DNA from: Vicinamibacterales bacterium
Lineage (GTDB): Bacteria; Acidobacteriota; Vicinamibacteria; Vicinamibacterales; UBA2999
Direction: 5' to 3'
DNA length: 64,000 bases
Assembly: GCA_050185275.1 (NCBI GenBank)
Contig: JBFWZN010000005.1
Span: 131,344-195,343, forward strand
Position 1 is the first letter of the stretch. Each line of letters opens with the position of its first letter. Below the pieces are notes generated by a model. That model was given only the letters and a program-made list of their open reading frames with translations. It ran no database searches and was not told the origin of the DNA. Positions 30,109 through 40,932 of this stretch are shown here, one piece after another. The position numbers were made by a program, and so were the translations under genes.

Positions 30109-30375
30109 GACTGGGCGGGCCTTCCGTCTGGAGTCTGGAACCAGCCCGCGGCCGGGACGCTGCGGGCCCGCTCATCTTACCGTGCCGTGGCGTCGCGCCG
30201 CGGGCAACGTTTCCAGCCAAGGGTCGAGGCCCATGGGTCTCCCCTGGTGTGTCGGTCCGCCGACACACCACTGTGGCACAAGGCTAATCACCGGACGGGG
30301 TTGGTGCCGATAGAGCAGGCAGTGCCGGGAGAGGTCCGTACAGCCTGGCGAGCGTTCACTCTTGGAGGTCAGGAA

Positions 30376-33306
30376 ATGAAGTCAGTCCGCGGAGCGTTGC
30401 TCTTCCTTCTGCTGGTGGCCGTGGCCCCCGCCGCCGCCCAGCAGTCCGCCGGCGGCGTCACGGGCTTCGTGTTCGATGGGCAGGGTGCGGTCATTCCCGG
30501 CGCGACGGTTACCGCCACCAACGTGGACACGGGCTTCGTGCGCGAGGTCGTGAGCGGTGCCCAGGGTGCCTTCCTCCTCAACGCGCTGCCTGTCGGCACC
30601 TACAGGGTGGAGGCGGCCCTCGACGGCTTCGCACCAGCCGTGCAGCCGGCCGTGGTCGTGAACGTGTCGCGCGTGACCGACCTGTCCCTGACCCTCCAGC
30701 CTGCGCGGGTGGAGTCGACCGTCACGGTGACCGCCGCGGTGCACCCGCTGGTCTCGACGAGTGACTCGGGCGTCGGAGGGGTGGTGTCCGACACCATGTT
30801 GGAGAACATGCCCCTCAACGGACGGCAGTTCGCCAATCTTGCGGCGGTCGTGCCAGGCGTGGGGCTGGGATTCCACTCCGATCCGACGAAGAGTTCCCAG
30901 TACTCGGCCCAGGTGGCCGGCGGCCAGGGACGCAATCTCAACTTTCAGATGGACGGCGGCGACAACAACGACGACACGGTCGGTGGCCTGCTGCAGCTCT
31001 TCCCGCTGGAATCGGTGCAGGAGTTCAACCTGCTCACGCAGCGCTACAAGGCCGAGTACGGCCGCAGTAACGGTGGCGTCCTGAACGTCGTCACCAAGAG
31101 CGGCACCAACGAACTGCGCGGCACGTGGTTCACGCTCCTGCGTGACGACGCCCTGAACGCGCGTACCTTCACCGAGACGATCAACGACATCGAGAAGCAG
31201 TACTACCGGCGCTACCAGTTCGGGGGCAGCGCGGGTGGGCCGCTGGTGCAGGACCGCCTGCACTACTTCGCCGCCTACGAACGGACCCAGCAGGACACGC
31301 GCCAGGTGGTGGACACGCTGGGACTCTTCCCCGCCGACAACGGCGTCTATGCGACGCCCTACCGCGAGAACCTGTTCTCGACGAAGGTGACCGCCAACCT
31401 CGATGGTGGTGGCTACCTCGCGGTCCGGTACGGCCGCAACAGCAACTCGCAGCCCTACGGCGCCGCGTTGCGCGCCGCGCGTTCCACATGGACGACGAGC
31501 AGCAACGCGTTCAGCTCCCTCAACGCGTCGTACAACGCGGTGCTGTCGAGTTCCCGCCTGAACGAGGCGGTGTTCCAGTACGCGACGTTCGCCAACGACA
31601 TCCCCAACAGCAGCACGCTCCCGTACCTGGCCTTCCCCAACGGCGTGACCACGGGCGCCAACCCGGCGGCCCCGCAGAGCACCGAGCAGACGAAGTGGCA
31701 GTTCCGCGACGACTTCACCTGGTGGGCCGGCAGCGGAATGGGCGTGTCGCACACCGTCAAGGCGGGCGTGAACTGGATCCACGAGCCGCACCTCTACATC
31801 ACCACGGGCAGCACGTCGCCCCAGTTCACGATGGCGTCGAACAGCCTGACGGGGCCGGTGCAGCAGGTGTTCGTCATCGGTGGCGCGGGGGCCGTCAACA
31901 TCCCGCTCGACCAGGTCGGTCTCTACGTGCAGGACGACTGGCGCGCCACGCCGCGGCTGACCCTCAACCTCGGCCTGCGCTGGGACTATGTGGCGGGCAT
32001 GCCCATCAACCAGGACAACAACCCGAACTTCGTCGCCCTGCAGGAGGCCGGTCGCGCCGGCCGCTTCGACGGCACGGTGCTCGACGACTTCGGCAAGGCG
32101 CCGCGCGGTGACTGGGACAACATCCAGCCGCGCCTCGGCTTCGCCTACGACCTGCATGGCACCGGGCGTGACGTCGTCCGTGGCGGCTGGGGCATCTACA
32201 CCGACTTCGCGTACACGAATGCCAACGCGCTGACCCCCGCGCTCGATGCCCTGGGGGGCGTGGGCCTGGTGTTCTTCGCGCTCGACCCGGCAGGGATCCG
32301 GAAGAGCGACGGCACGCTGTTCTCGCCGTCGGACCCGCTCTCGACCATCGCGGCGCAGAACGGCGTGGATCCGAGCGTGCCGCCGCTCGGCGGGCACGTG
32401 CTGTCGCCGCGCATCGAGCAGCCGTACAGCTATCAGACGAACCTGGGCTGGGCGCGCCAGCTCGGCCCGTCCTCGTCGTTCTCGGTGGACTACGTGCGCG
32501 TCGAGGGCCGCGACCTGAACATGCGCCTGCGCGTCAATACGCTCGTGGATGGACGGCGCAACCTGGCCGGCCTGGCGATCCAGCCGAACTCGTTCGCCTT
32601 CCGCACCTCGCTCAGCCAGGGACGCAGTCTCTACGACGGTGTCATCCTGGCGCTCAACCGGCGGCTGGCCAACAGCATGGACCTGACGGCGTCCTACACC
32701 CTCGCGCGGGCGTGGAGCGACATCGGCACGTCGAGCGACGAACTCAACCAGAACCTCGTGCAGGACGTGCGCGACCCGTTCGGCGCGGTGCAGCAGGCGC
32801 CCTCCGCGCGCACGGACGCGCGACACCGCGTCACGGTGGCTGCGGTCGTCCAGACGCCGTGGGCCATCCAGGTGTCGCCCTTCTTCACGTTCCGCTCGGC
32901 GCTGCCCATCCACACGTTCGAGGGCATCGACTTCAACCGCGACGGCAACGTGAACGACCGCACGCCGACGGCCTACCGCTTCACCGGCCTCAACGACGAC
33001 GGCAGCGCCACCTTCGAGGAGGCGGGCGCGTGTGAGACCGTGAACTGCAGCCGTGGAGCCGCGTTCTCGCAGCTGAATCTCCGGGTGAGCCGCGGGTTCC
33101 GGCTCGCCGGCGCGGCGCGCATCGAGGCGATTGCCGAGGTGTACAACCTGTTCAACGCCACGAACCCGTCGTTCCCGCTCTCGTCGCGTCGTCTGGCCGC
33201 GTCGGGGGCCGCACTCGGCTCCTTCATGCAGCCGACGGCCTTCGCGGGCGACTTCCAGCAGCCGGAGCAGCGCATCGCCCAGCTGGGTTTCCGGCTGTCG
33301 TTCTAA
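30376..33306 (+). CDS. TonB-dependent receptor-like outer-membrane protein with CarboxypepD_reg domain (acidobacterial type)
   Basis: GGAGG lies 6 nt upstream of ATG 30376. Signal peptide MKSVRGALLFLLLVAVAPAAAQQ, CarboxypepD_reg segment (GATVTATNVDTGF...LPVGTYRV), plug (LENMPLNGRQF) and a C-terminal GFRLSF. The 1387-aa ORF was trimmed. Confidence 0.85.
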   Translation: MKSVRGALLFLLLVAVAPAAAQQSAGGVTGFVFDGQGAVIPGATVTATNVDTGFVREVVSGAQGAFLLNALPVGTYRVEAALDGFAPAVQPAVVVNVSRVTDLSLTLQPARVESTVTVTAAVHPLVSTSDSGVGGVVSDTMLENMPLNGRQFANLAAVVPGVGLGFHSDPTKSSQYSAQVAGGQGRNLNFQMDGGDNNDDTVGGLLQLFPLESVQEFNLLTQRYKAEYGRSNGGVLNVVTKSGTNELRGTWFTLLRDDALNARTFTETINDIEKQYYRRYQFGGSAGGPLVQDRLHYFAAYERTQQDTRQVVDTLGLFPADNGVYATPYRENLFSTKVTANLDGGGYLAVRYGRNSNSQPYGAALRAARSTWTTSSNAFSSLNASYNAVLSSSRLNEAVFQYATFANDIPNSSTLPYLAFPNGVTTGANPAAPQSTEQTKWQFRDDFTWWAGSGMGVSHTVKAGVNWIHEPHLYITTGSTSPQFTMASNSLTGPVQQVFVIGGAGAVNIPLDQVGLYVQDDWRATPRLTLNLGLRWDYVAGMPINQDNNPNFVALQEAGRAGRFDGTVLDDFGKAPRGDWDNIQPRLGFAYDLHGTGRDVVRGGWGIYTDFAYTNANALTPALDALGGVGLVFFALDPAGIRKSDGTLFSPSDPLSTIAAQNGVDPSVPPLGGHVLSPRIEQPYSYQTNLGWARQLGPSSSFSVDYVRVEGRDLNMRLRVNTLVDGRRNLAGLAIQPNSFAFRTSLSQGRSLYDGVILALNRRLANSMDLTASYTLARAWSDIGTSSDELNQNLVQDVRDPFGAVQQAPSARTDARHRVTVAAVVQTPWAIQVSPFFTFRSALPIHTFEGIDFNRDGNVNDRTPTAYRFTGLNDDGSATFEEAGACETVNCSRGAAFSQLNLRVSRGFRLAGAARIEAIAEVYNLFNATNPSFPLSSRRLAASGAALGSFMQPTAFAGDFQQPEQRIAQLGFRLSF

Positions 33307-33316
33307 CCGATTCCTC

Positions 33317-33348
33317 CTGGCGGGTGCCCGGCGACGGGCATCCGCCAG
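33317..33348 (+). terminator. 14-bp stem hairpin with GCGA tetraloop 11 nt after the OMP stop codon
   Basis: ctggcgggtgcccg-gcga-cgggcatccgccag, with one G:U pair. No U-tract. Confidence 0.45.
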
Positions 33349-33573
33349 CGCGTCGCCACCGCCCGCACTCGGCGACCCCCGGGCGCCGCACCGTCTCCTC
33401 CGCTCCGCTCCCGCTGCACGCCAATCGTCCACGCCGCTGCTGCCCCGTCTCTGGTTCCAACTCTCGCCTCGCCCACGGGGCACACCGCTCGCCACCCCGC
33501 CAGTCGACCGGGCGGGCCCCGGCCCCTCAGCAACGACGATGTCGATGCGTGATACTGGTGGGCCCGGACGACC

Positions 33574-34932
33574 ATGAACGGCGAGCTCTCGAGACTGCTT
33601 CGGCTGGCCGGCCCCGTCATCATCGGCGAGATCGGCTGGATGAGCATGGGGCTGGTGGACACGCTGATGGTGGGGCCGCTCGGCCCCGCGGCCATCGGCG
33701 CCACGGGCATTTCGAGCGGCGTCTTCATGGCCATTGCGATCTTCGGGATGGGCCTGATGCTGGGCCTGGATGCGCTGGTGTCTCGCGCGTTCGGCGCGGG
33801 CGACCTGGGCGAATGCCTGCGCTGGCTCCATCAGGGCCTGACGCTGGCGGCGCTGGTCACCGTGCCCGTCATGGGCCTGACGTGGGTCGCCTTCTCCACC
33901 CTGGCCGCGTGGGGTCTGCATGCCGACATCGCCACGCTGGTGGGCCCCTACCTGCGGGTGGTGTCCTTCGGCACGCTGCCGCTGCTGCTCTATGCCGTGT
34001 TCAGGCGCTACCTGCAGGGCCTGCACGTCGTCGGGCCAATCATGGTGGCCCTGCTGACAGCCAACCTGGTGAACGCCGTCGCGAACTGGGCGCTCATCCA
34101 CGGCCATCTGGGCATGCCCGCGCTGGGCGTCGAGGGTGCGGCCTGGGCCACGTCGGCCGCCCGCCTCTATCTCGCCACATTCCTGGGCCTGGCGGTGCTG
34201 CGACAGCATCGCCAGCGGGGAGATGCCCATCCCCGGGTCCCCTTCAGTCCATCTGTGGCACGCCTGCGGACGCTCATCCGCATCGGCGCACCAGCCGCGT
34301 CACAGGTCACCCTGGAGGTCGGTGTCTTCGCGGCAGCCACGGCACTGGCGGGCCAGCTGGATCCGGTGTCCTCGGCCGCTCACCAGATCGCGCTCAACGC
34401 GGCGAGCCTCGCCTTCATGGTGCCGCTCGGGCTGGCGTCGGCAGGCGCCGTCAGGGTCGGACATGCCATCGGCGCCGGCGACCCGGGACGGGCGGTGGCC
34501 GCGGGCTGGACGGCGCTCGGCACGAGTGCCGTGTTGATGACCGCGATCGGGCTGATACTCTTCCTCTGGCCGGTGCCGCTGCTGCGGGCCTTCACGCCAG
34601 ACCCTGGCGTCGTCGAGATCGGCACGGGCCTGCTGGCGATCGCCGCGGGCTTCCAGCTGTTCGACGGTGCACAGGCCGTCGCCACGGGCGTACTGCGCGG
34701 GGCCGGTGACACCCGCACACCGATGCTGACCAACATGGTGGGGCACTGGGTGCTCGGCCTGCCGGTCGGCTACGTCCTCTGTTTCGGGGCGGGCCTCGGC
34801 GTCCAGGGCCTGTGGCTCGGTCTCTCTCTCGGGCTCGTCTTCGTGTCGGTCATCCTCACGTGGGTGTGGGCCAGGCGTACGCACACGCTCTTCCCGCCTG
34901 CCACGCTCCCCCCTCTGGAGCCAACGCCGTGA
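33574..34932 (+). CDS. MATE-family efflux transporter
   Basis: 12-TM profile. LLRLAGPVIIGEIGWMSMGLVDTLMVG and GVLRGAGDTRTPM are MATE/NorM hallmarks. Confidence 0.9.
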   Translation: MNGELSRLLRLAGPVIIGEIGWMSMGLVDTLMVGPLGPAAIGATGISSGVFMAIAIFGMGLMLGLDALVSRAFGAGDLGECLRWLHQGLTLAALVTVPVMGLTWVAFSTLAAWGLHADIATLVGPYLRVVSFGTLPLLLYAVFRRYLQGLHVVGPIMVALLTANLVNAVANWALIHGHLGMPALGVEGAAWATSAARLYLATFLGLAVLRQHRQRGDAHPRVPFSPSVARLRTLIRIGAPAASQVTLEVGVFAAATALAGQLDPVSSAAHQIALNAASLAFMVPLGLASAGAVRVGHAIGAGDPGRAVAAGWTALGTSAVLMTAIGLILFLWPVPLLRAFTPDPGVVEIGTGLLAIAAGFQLFDGAQAVATGVLRGAGDTRTPMLTNMVGHWVLGLPVGYVLCFGAGLGVQGLWLGLSLGLVFVSVILTWVWARRTHTLFPPATLPPLEPTP

Positions 34933-35837
34933 CCCCTGCCATCAACGACGTGCACTGCCACCTCTTCTCGCGGGCCTTCCTGCGGGCGCTCGCCGGGCAG
35001 CGCGGAACCTCGGACACGCCCGAGAACCTCTGTACCGAGCTCGGGTGGGACGTCCCCGGAGAGCCTCCAGACCTCGCCGACCGCTGGGTGCAGGAACTGG
35101 ACCGCCACGGCGTCGGTCGAGCCGTCCTGATCGGGAGTATTCCCGGAGACGAGGACTCGGTGGCGGCCGCGGTGGCGCGACACCCGGGGCGACTGGTGGG
35201 TGCCAGCATGATCGACCCCTCGCGAGAGGACGCGGCCGGGCGGGTCGCGTTGCTGCGCGCCCGTGGCATCCGCATGCTCTGCCTGTTCCCCGCCATGCAT
35301 CACGTGGGGCTCGATGACCCGCGCACCCATGCCGTGGTGGAGGCAGCGGCGTCCACGCCGGGCATGGTGGTGTTCGTTCACTGCGGCGTGCTGTCGGTGG
35401 GCGTGCGCCGGAAGCTCGGGCTCACCAGCCGGTTCGACCTTCGGCTGGGCGATCCGCTCGCCGTGCACCGCCTGGCGCTCATGTTTCCCCAGGTGCCGTT
35501 CCTGGTGCCGCACTTCGGCGCCGGGCGGCTGCAGGAGGCGCTGATGCTCGCCGACACGTGCTCGAACGTGTACCTCGACACGTCGAGTTCGAACAGCTGG
35601 ATGCGCTACTGGCCGGGGCTCACACTGGAGGACGTGTTTCGCGCGGCGCTGAGCGTGGCGGGTCCTGGGCGGCTGATCTTCGGCACCGACTCCTCGTTCT
35701 TCCCGCGGGGCTGGCAGCAGCCGCTGTACGCGCGGCAGGTGGAGGCGATGCGCGCGACGGGCATTGGTGAAGTCGATATCGAGCGAATGCTGGCCGGGAC
35801 CTTCGACGCGCTGTTCGGGCCGGCAAGCCCCCTCTGA
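34929..35837 (+). CDS. Amidohydrolase-2-type metal-dependent hydrolase (TIM barrel)
   Basis: GTG 34929 overlaps the MATE stop codon (GTGA). The N-terminal INDVHCHLF is the HxH metal motif. Confidence 0.65.
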   Translation: MTPAINDVHCHLFSRAFLRALAGQRGTSDTPENLCTELGWDVPGEPPDLADRWVQELDRHGVGRAVLIGSIPGDEDSVAAAVARHPGRLVGASMIDPSREDAAGRVALLRARGIRMLCLFPAMHHVGLDDPRTHAVVEAAASTPGMVVFVHCGVLSVGVRRKLGLTSRFDLRLGDPLAVHRLALMFPQVPFLVPHFGAGRLQEALMLADTCSNVYLDTSSSNSWMRYWPGLTLEDVFRAALSVAGPGRLIFGTDSSFFPRGWQQPLYARQVEAMRATGIGEVDIERMLAGTFDALFGPASPL

Positions 35838-35884
35838 GCGTCGGCCGGCGCCCGCAGGGGTGACCGGCGTGCCGGTGCAATGCG

Positions 35885-35906
35885 CAGGCGCTCGGGCCAG
35901 CGCCTG
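35885..35906. terminator. Hairpin between convergent amidohydrolase and dsbA-like genes
   Basis: caggcgct-cgggcc-agcgcctg, an 8-bp stem. Confidence 0.3.
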
Positions 35907-35917
35907 TCGCCATCCTC

Positions 35918-36958
35918 TCAGCGAGCCCGCGCGAGCTCCTCGTCGATGATGCGGCTGAAGACCTCGTAGGGCTGGGCACCCGCGACGGTCCGTCCGTTGA
36001 TGAACAGCGTCGGGGTCGACGTGATCCCCAGGCGCGCACCCTCCCCGAGGCCCGCGCGCACCCGCTCGGCGTGCCTCGACGAATCGAGGCATTCGTCGAA
36101 CCGGCGCGCGTCGAGGCCAAGGCTGGCGGCATGCCGCTTCAGGTCGGCATCGGTCAACGCCTGCTGGTTCTCGAAGAGCCGGTCGTGGTACTCCCAGTAC
36201 TTGTCCTGCTCGTCGGCGCACCACCCGGCCTCAGACGCCTTGAACGCCTGCGGATGGATCTGCGTGAGCGGGAAGTCCTTCCACACGATGCGGATGCGAT
36301 CGCCGTACGTCTCGCGAAGCTGCTTCAGCGTGGGCGCCACCCGGGCACAGAAGGGACACTGGAAATCCGAGTACTCGACGATCGTGACCGGCGCGCTGGC
36401 CGGCCCGAGAACCGGATCCGTGTCGGCAATCTGCACGGGCCGCCGCGGCGGCTCGAGCAGGACGCTGATCGAGGGATCGGCCGAGCGCAGTTCGGCGATG
36501 AGGCGGTTGCGGGCATCCTCGACGGCGCGCTCCTCGAGGAACTGCCGGATGGCGCCGGACATCGCTTCGAGGGGCCGCCCCTGCATCTGGCCGCGGTTTT
36601 CCGCGTAGAAGGCCGCGACGGCGTTGTCGGTCACCGGCGTGAGCCGCGCCTGGGTCTCGGCCTCGAGATACTCGGGCACCGGTATGCCCTTGGCGGCAGC
36701 GGCCTTCTCGAGCACGAGGTTCGCGATGATGTCGTCGAGCGCGGCCCGCCGCCCTTCATAGAGCAGATCGGTGGCCTGCGCGTGCTGCGTGGGATCCAGT
36801 TCGCGCCAGCGCTCGTCGAGTTGCTGAATCGTGAAGGTCCGGTCACCGACGCGCCCGCCGACCTCGGAGGGGTTCTGCGCCGACGCCGTGTCCTGGACAC
36901 CCGGGGTGCAGGCCAGCAGGAGCACGGCGGCCCCGGCCGTGAATGAGAACTTGACCAT
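35918..36958 (-). CDS. DsbA-family thiol:disulfide oxidoreductase lipoprotein with SurA-like N-terminal domain
   Basis: Lipobox LLLAC and thioredoxin active site FQCPFC. Trimmed to Met MVKFSF. Confidence 0.8.
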   Translation of the reverse strand: MVKFSFTAGAAVLLLACTPGVQDTASAQNPSEVGGRVGDRTFTIQQLDERWRELDPTQHAQATDLLYEGRRAALDDIIANLVLEKAAAAKGIPVPEYLEAETQARLTPVTDNAVAAFYAENRGQMQGRPLEAMSGAIRQFLEERAVEDARNRLIAELRSADPSISVLLEPPRRPVQIADTDPVLGPASAPVTIVEYSDFQCPFCARVAPTLKQLRETYGDRIRIVWKDFPLTQIHPQAFKASEAGWCADEQDKYWEYHDRLFENQQALTDADLKRHAASLGLDARRFDECLDSSRHAERVRAGLGEGARLGITSTPTLFINGRTVAGAQPYEVFSRIIDEELARAR

Positions 36959-37177
36959 GCCGGGGATCATACCTGCGAGGGCGATTCTGGTCATCTCGTG
37001 CGACACCTTGCTGCCTGACCTCGTACTTCCGGGCCTCAGCGGCCGCGCCTCAGCAGCCGGCCGTCGATCCGCACGCCTGACGACGCCCGTTGCCACCGGG
37101 GCTGCCTTTGGGCTCAAAAGCCCCGGGCGTCACGGCAAGAAGGCCCGCCGTGCGTCACGCAAGACGGCCGCCATGCG

Positions 37178-39379
37178 TCACGGCAGGAAGGCTCTGACCC
37201 CGATGCGGAACGTCCGGGGCCATCCGATCGTACGCACCGGCGTGCGCCCGACGTCGTAATCGGCATCGAGGAGGTTCTCCACAGCGACGGTCACCTGCAG
37301 GCCGCGCCCCAGGTCCTGGCTGAGCGACGCATCCACGACCCCGAATCCCTCGAGCTCGAACGCGTTGCGGTCGTCGTCGAACTGCGAGCCGAACACCCGG
37401 GCCTGCACGGACCCGGTGAATCCCACCGGGTCCACGTAGGTGAACTGCCCGCCCAGCTGGAAGGTGGGCACCTGGGGCACGCGGTTGCCTTCGAGATCGG
37501 GCTGGGCCGGCGTATTCGTGAACGTGGATCGGGTCACGCCCACCAGCGCACCGAAGGTCACCCGTGACGCCGGCCGCACGTCGAGCTCGAGCTCCATGCC
37601 GGTCGCGCGGACGGTATCGGTGTTCTGCCGCTGGCGCGTGATGAGCGCGGGCGTGGTCGAGATGGTGACGTTGGTGATGGCGTCGTCCAGCTGGTTCCAG
37701 AACGCGGTCATCCGGGCCGACGTCACGCCGCGCGCGACGAGCAACCCGCCTTCGAAGCCGGTGAGACGCTCCGGATCGAGCTGATTGTTGGCGTTGGTCA
37801 GGATGTTGCCGACCCGGAAGCCCCGGTGCAGCTCGTTGAGCGTCGGCGTGCGGTACGCGCGGTACACCGCCGCGTGCGCCGAGATGTCGTCGCTCAACCG
37901 CAGTTCAGCGGAGGCGCGGGGGCTGAAGAAGTTTGCCGCATGATCGTCGGCTGTGGCATCGAGCGGGTTCGACCGCCAGAAATCGCCTCGGCCACCGAGC
38001 ACGATGGTGAGGGTGTCGGCGGGCGACAGGCTCACGCGGCCGAAAACGGCGCTGTTGAACTCGACGCCGCCGCCAAAGAACGGCCCAGTACGGGCGCCCG
38101 CGGGCGTCCGGCCGAACTCCTCGATCTCGGCGCGGGTACGCCGCCCGTCGGCCCCGACCAGCACCACGGCGTCGCCCCAGGCCCTGGTCCACTGCCCGGA
38201 CGCGTTCGAGAACGTGCTGGGCGTGGTCTGTTCACGCGTGAGCCGTTCCGTCTGCCGGTCGTCCGCGATCGCGGAGAACGTCTGGAAGTACTCCTGCCGT
38301 CCACCGCCCGCACGCACGAGCCATGCACCTCCGGCCGCCGTGCCTCCGGACTCCCCGGACAGTTGCTTCCAGGTGGTCGTATTCACCTGCAGCGGCGTCC
38401 CGTTGTCGCGCTCCTCGTCGTACAGGCTCACACGCAGCGTGCCGTGCCAGCTTCCGGCGTCGTACCCGCCGGCGAAGAAACCGGTGCCGTAGTTGCTCCT
38501 GGCCGGGGTATCGACGGCGCCACGCGAGGCCTCATCGACCGTGATGACACCGTCGGTCCGCACCAGCTCCCCAGCACCCTGTGCCTGCCAGGGTCCGCGA
38601 CTCCCACTGGCGAAGCCAGAGGCCCGGGCGGTGCCAAACGATCCGCCGTCCAGCGTGCCGCGCACGCGCGTGCGTCCCGGCGCGAACGTCAGGAGCTGCA
38701 CGACGCCACCAAGCGCCTGCGCACCATACAGGTCGCCTGTTGCGCCGCGGACCACCTCCACGCGTTCGACCGCCGCCTGGGGAATGCGGTTCCAATACAC
38801 CCAGCTGCCGAAGGGATCGTTGAGGGGCTGGCCGTCGGCGAGGACCATCGTGCGGCTCGCACCGGACCCGGACAGGCCGCGGAGGGTGACGCCCTGCGTC
38901 GTGGGGTTGGAGACCCGCGAGGACGAGCGTCGAAACAGGCTGAAGCCGGGCGTGTTGCGAAGCGCGTCATCGATGGAGCCCGCCGCGAAGTTCGTCAGCT
39001 CCGCCGATGTGACGACGGTGGTCCCCGCAGGGGTCGCCAGGCGCTCGGTGCCCCTCGACGAAGTGACGACCACCGCGTCCACGAGCGGCGCGGGATAGAG
39101 GACCAGGCGCATCCGCGTCTGCCCCGGTGCCACTGTGCCGGTCGCCGGGGCGAATCCGGGTGCGGTCACGTCCACCCGGGCGCCGGGCGCCGCATCCGCG
39201 AACGCTCGCGTCCCATCGTTGCCGGTTTCACCCGAGGCCGTGCCCACCTGGACGGCTGCGCCGGGAACGGGTGCGCCCGATGCGTCGACGACGACGATGG
39301 TGGTCTGTGCGTGCGCGACCGTGGCGCAGCCAAGCACCGTGAGCAGAACAGCCAGGAATCTGATGAGGCGTGCGTACAT
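37178..39379 (-). CDS. TonB-dependent receptor
   Basis: Signal peptide ...ATVAHAQ, a CarboxypepD_reg-like start, plug motifs (VEVVRGATGDLYGAQALGGVVQLL) and a beta-barrel. Confidence 0.85.
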   Translation of the reverse strand: MYARLIRFLAVLLTVLGCATVAHAQTTIVVVDASGAPVPGAAVQVGTASGETGNDGTRAFADAAPGARVDVTAPGFAPATGTVAPGQTRMRLVLYPAPLVDAVVVTSSRGTERLATPAGTTVVTSAELTNFAAGSIDDALRNTPGFSLFRRSSSRVSNPTTQGVTLRGLSGSGASRTMVLADGQPLNDPFGSWVYWNRIPQAAVERVEVVRGATGDLYGAQALGGVVQLLTFAPGRTRVRGTLDGGSFGTARASGFASGSRGPWQAQGAGELVRTDGVITVDEASRGAVDTPARSNYGTGFFAGGYDAGSWHGTLRVSLYDEERDNGTPLQVNTTTWKQLSGESGGTAAGGAWLVRAGGGRQEYFQTFSAIADDRQTERLTREQTTPSTFSNASGQWTRAWGDAVVLVGADGRRTRAEIEEFGRTPAGARTGPFFGGGVEFNSAVFGRVSLSPADTLTIVLGGRGDFWRSNPLDATADDHAANFFSPRASAELRLSDDISAHAAVYRAYRTPTLNELHRGFRVGNILTNANNQLDPERLTGFEGGLLVARGVTSARMTAFWNQLDDAITNVTISTTPALITRQRQNTDTVRATGMELELDVRPASRVTFGALVGVTRSTFTNTPAQPDLEGNRVPQVPTFQLGGQFTYVDPVGFTGSVQARVFGSQFDDDRNAFELEGFGVVDASLSQDLGRGLQVTVAVENLLDADYDVGRTPVRTIGWPRTFRIGVRAFLP

Positions 39380-39506
39380 AGCCGGGAATCATACTGCGGC
39401 CGCCGGGCGGACGGCCAATCCGCGGACCGATAGCGAGCGACGGAGGCGGGCGACGGGCTTGGGCGCGACGTTGCCCTCGTTCGCCCAGGTTGTTAAGCTC
39501 GGGGCC

Positions 39507-40412
39507 ATGCCTGTACGAATCGCGTGCGGATTGGCGCTGCTGCTCGCCGCCACGGCCGTGACCGGGGCACAGGATGGGGTCTTCCGGAGCTCGACGCGCA
39601 TCGTGCCCGTCGTGACCACCGTCACCGACGGCGAGGGGCGTCTGGTCCCGGGCCTCTCGGTAGAGGATTTCACGATCCTCGACAACGGCCGGCCTCAGGA
39701 GATTTCGTTCTTCCAGAGCGAGGTCCAGCCCTTCACCGCGGTGGTCATGCTGGATTTCAGCGCCAGCATGACGGCCAATCTGGATCGCCTCAAGGCGGCC
39801 ACCGAACAGTTCCTGCTGCGGATGCTCCCGGACGATCAGGCGCAGGTCGGCGCGTTCAGCGACAAGATCCAGATGAGCGGCACGTTCACGAGCGACCGTG
39901 ACGACCTGATCGGGGCCCTCTCCGATCTGCAGTTCGGCAATCCCACACGACTCTACGACGCGATCGACGAGAGCATGAACCAGCTGGAGCCGCTCGGCGG
40001 CCGGAAGGTCGTGCTGGTGTTCACCGACGGCGAAGACACGGCGAGCCGGCAAGGCCTGGGTGACGTGCTGGACCGGGCACGCCTGTCGGAGATCATGGTC
40101 TACGCCATCGGCCTGGAAGCGGAGTACTTCGACGGAGTGCGTCGCGTGCGCTCCCAGCCGGACCGCGGCCTGCGCCGGCTGGCCGAGCAGACCGGCGGCG
40201 GCTACTTCGAGCTGGAACGAACCGACGAACTGGGCCCCACCTTCACGCGCGTCGCGCAGGAACTCCACAGTCAGTACACGCTGGGGTTCACCCCACTCGT
40301 GCTCGACGACAAGGAGCACCGGCTCGAGGTGCGAATGAGCGACCGCAACATGCGCGCCCGGGCCAGGCGCAGTTATACGGCGTCGCAGGACCGCCTCAGC
40401 GACGCGCCCTGA
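39507..40412 (+). CDS. VWFA-domain protein of the acidobacterial TIGR03436 type
   Basis: Signal peptide, then FRSSTRIVPVVTTVTDGEGRLVPGLSVEDFTILDNGRPQEISFF, then a MIDAS-like DFSASM. Trimmed to ATG 39507. Confidence 0.8.
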   Translation: MPVRIACGLALLLAATAVTGAQDGVFRSSTRIVPVVTTVTDGEGRLVPGLSVEDFTILDNGRPQEISFFQSEVQPFTAVVMLDFSASMTANLDRLKAATEQFLLRMLPDDQAQVGAFSDKIQMSGTFTSDRDDLIGALSDLQFGNPTRLYDAIDESMNQLEPLGGRKVVLVFTDGEDTASRQGLGDVLDRARLSEIMVYAIGLEAEYFDGVRRVRSQPDRGLRRLAEQTGGGYFELERTDELGPTFTRVAQELHSQYTLGFTPLVLDDKEHRLEVRMSDRNMRARARRSYTASQDRLSDAP

Positions 40413-40420
40413 GCCCCCCA

Positions 40421-40741
40421 ATGAGCGAGCCCCTGTCCGAACAGGACTTCCGCCTCCGCGCCGACGAGGCTCTCGAGCACGTGGAGCGCACCTTGATGCG
40501 CCAGGCCGACGAGGGCGAGGTGGAGATCGAGCGCGCCGGCGGCGTCCTGCAGCTGGTGTTCGAAGACCCGCCGGCGAAGTTCGTGATCAGTCCCAACGCG
40601 CCGGTCCGGCAGATATGGGTGTCGGCGATGTCGCGCAGCTTCAAGCTGACATGGGACCCGCTCACGTCGTCGTTCGCGCTGGATGGCGAGCCCCTCGACG
40701 CCCTCGTCGGACGCATGGTCCAGGCCCACCTGGCCAGCTGA
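40421..40741 (+). CDS. cyaY: Frataxin homologue CyaY (Fe-S cluster assembly)
   Basis: 106 aa with an acidic N-terminal helix. Contains GGVLQLVFEDPPAKFVISPNAPVRQIWVSA, typical of CyaY. Confidence 0.85.
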   Translation: MSEPLSEQDFRLRADEALEHVERTLMRQADEGEVEIERAGGVLQLVFEDPPAKFVISPNAPVRQIWVSAMSRSFKLTWDPLTSSFALDGEPLDALVGRMVQAHLAS

Positions 40742-40932
40742 GCACGGCGGGCGGGGGCCGCACGCGTACGCGCTCCACGCCCGCACGACATCTGCGCCCG
40801 CGGCTGGGCCAGCGGTGTCACCTGCTCGACCCAGCCTCCTCCCTGATCGACGCGCTGCCTCAGGCCGCGCGCCCAGGCCCTGCGCCCGCAAGCCTGTCCG
40901 CTCATGACCGTACGTGACTCCAACGCTCCGGA

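Noticed and set aside
29143-30375. A 1387-aa reading of the outer-membrane protein starting at 29143.
   Set aside because: The upstream 411 codons overlap the YwiC-like gene out of frame. A GGAGG plus ATG plus signal peptide at 30376 marks the real start.
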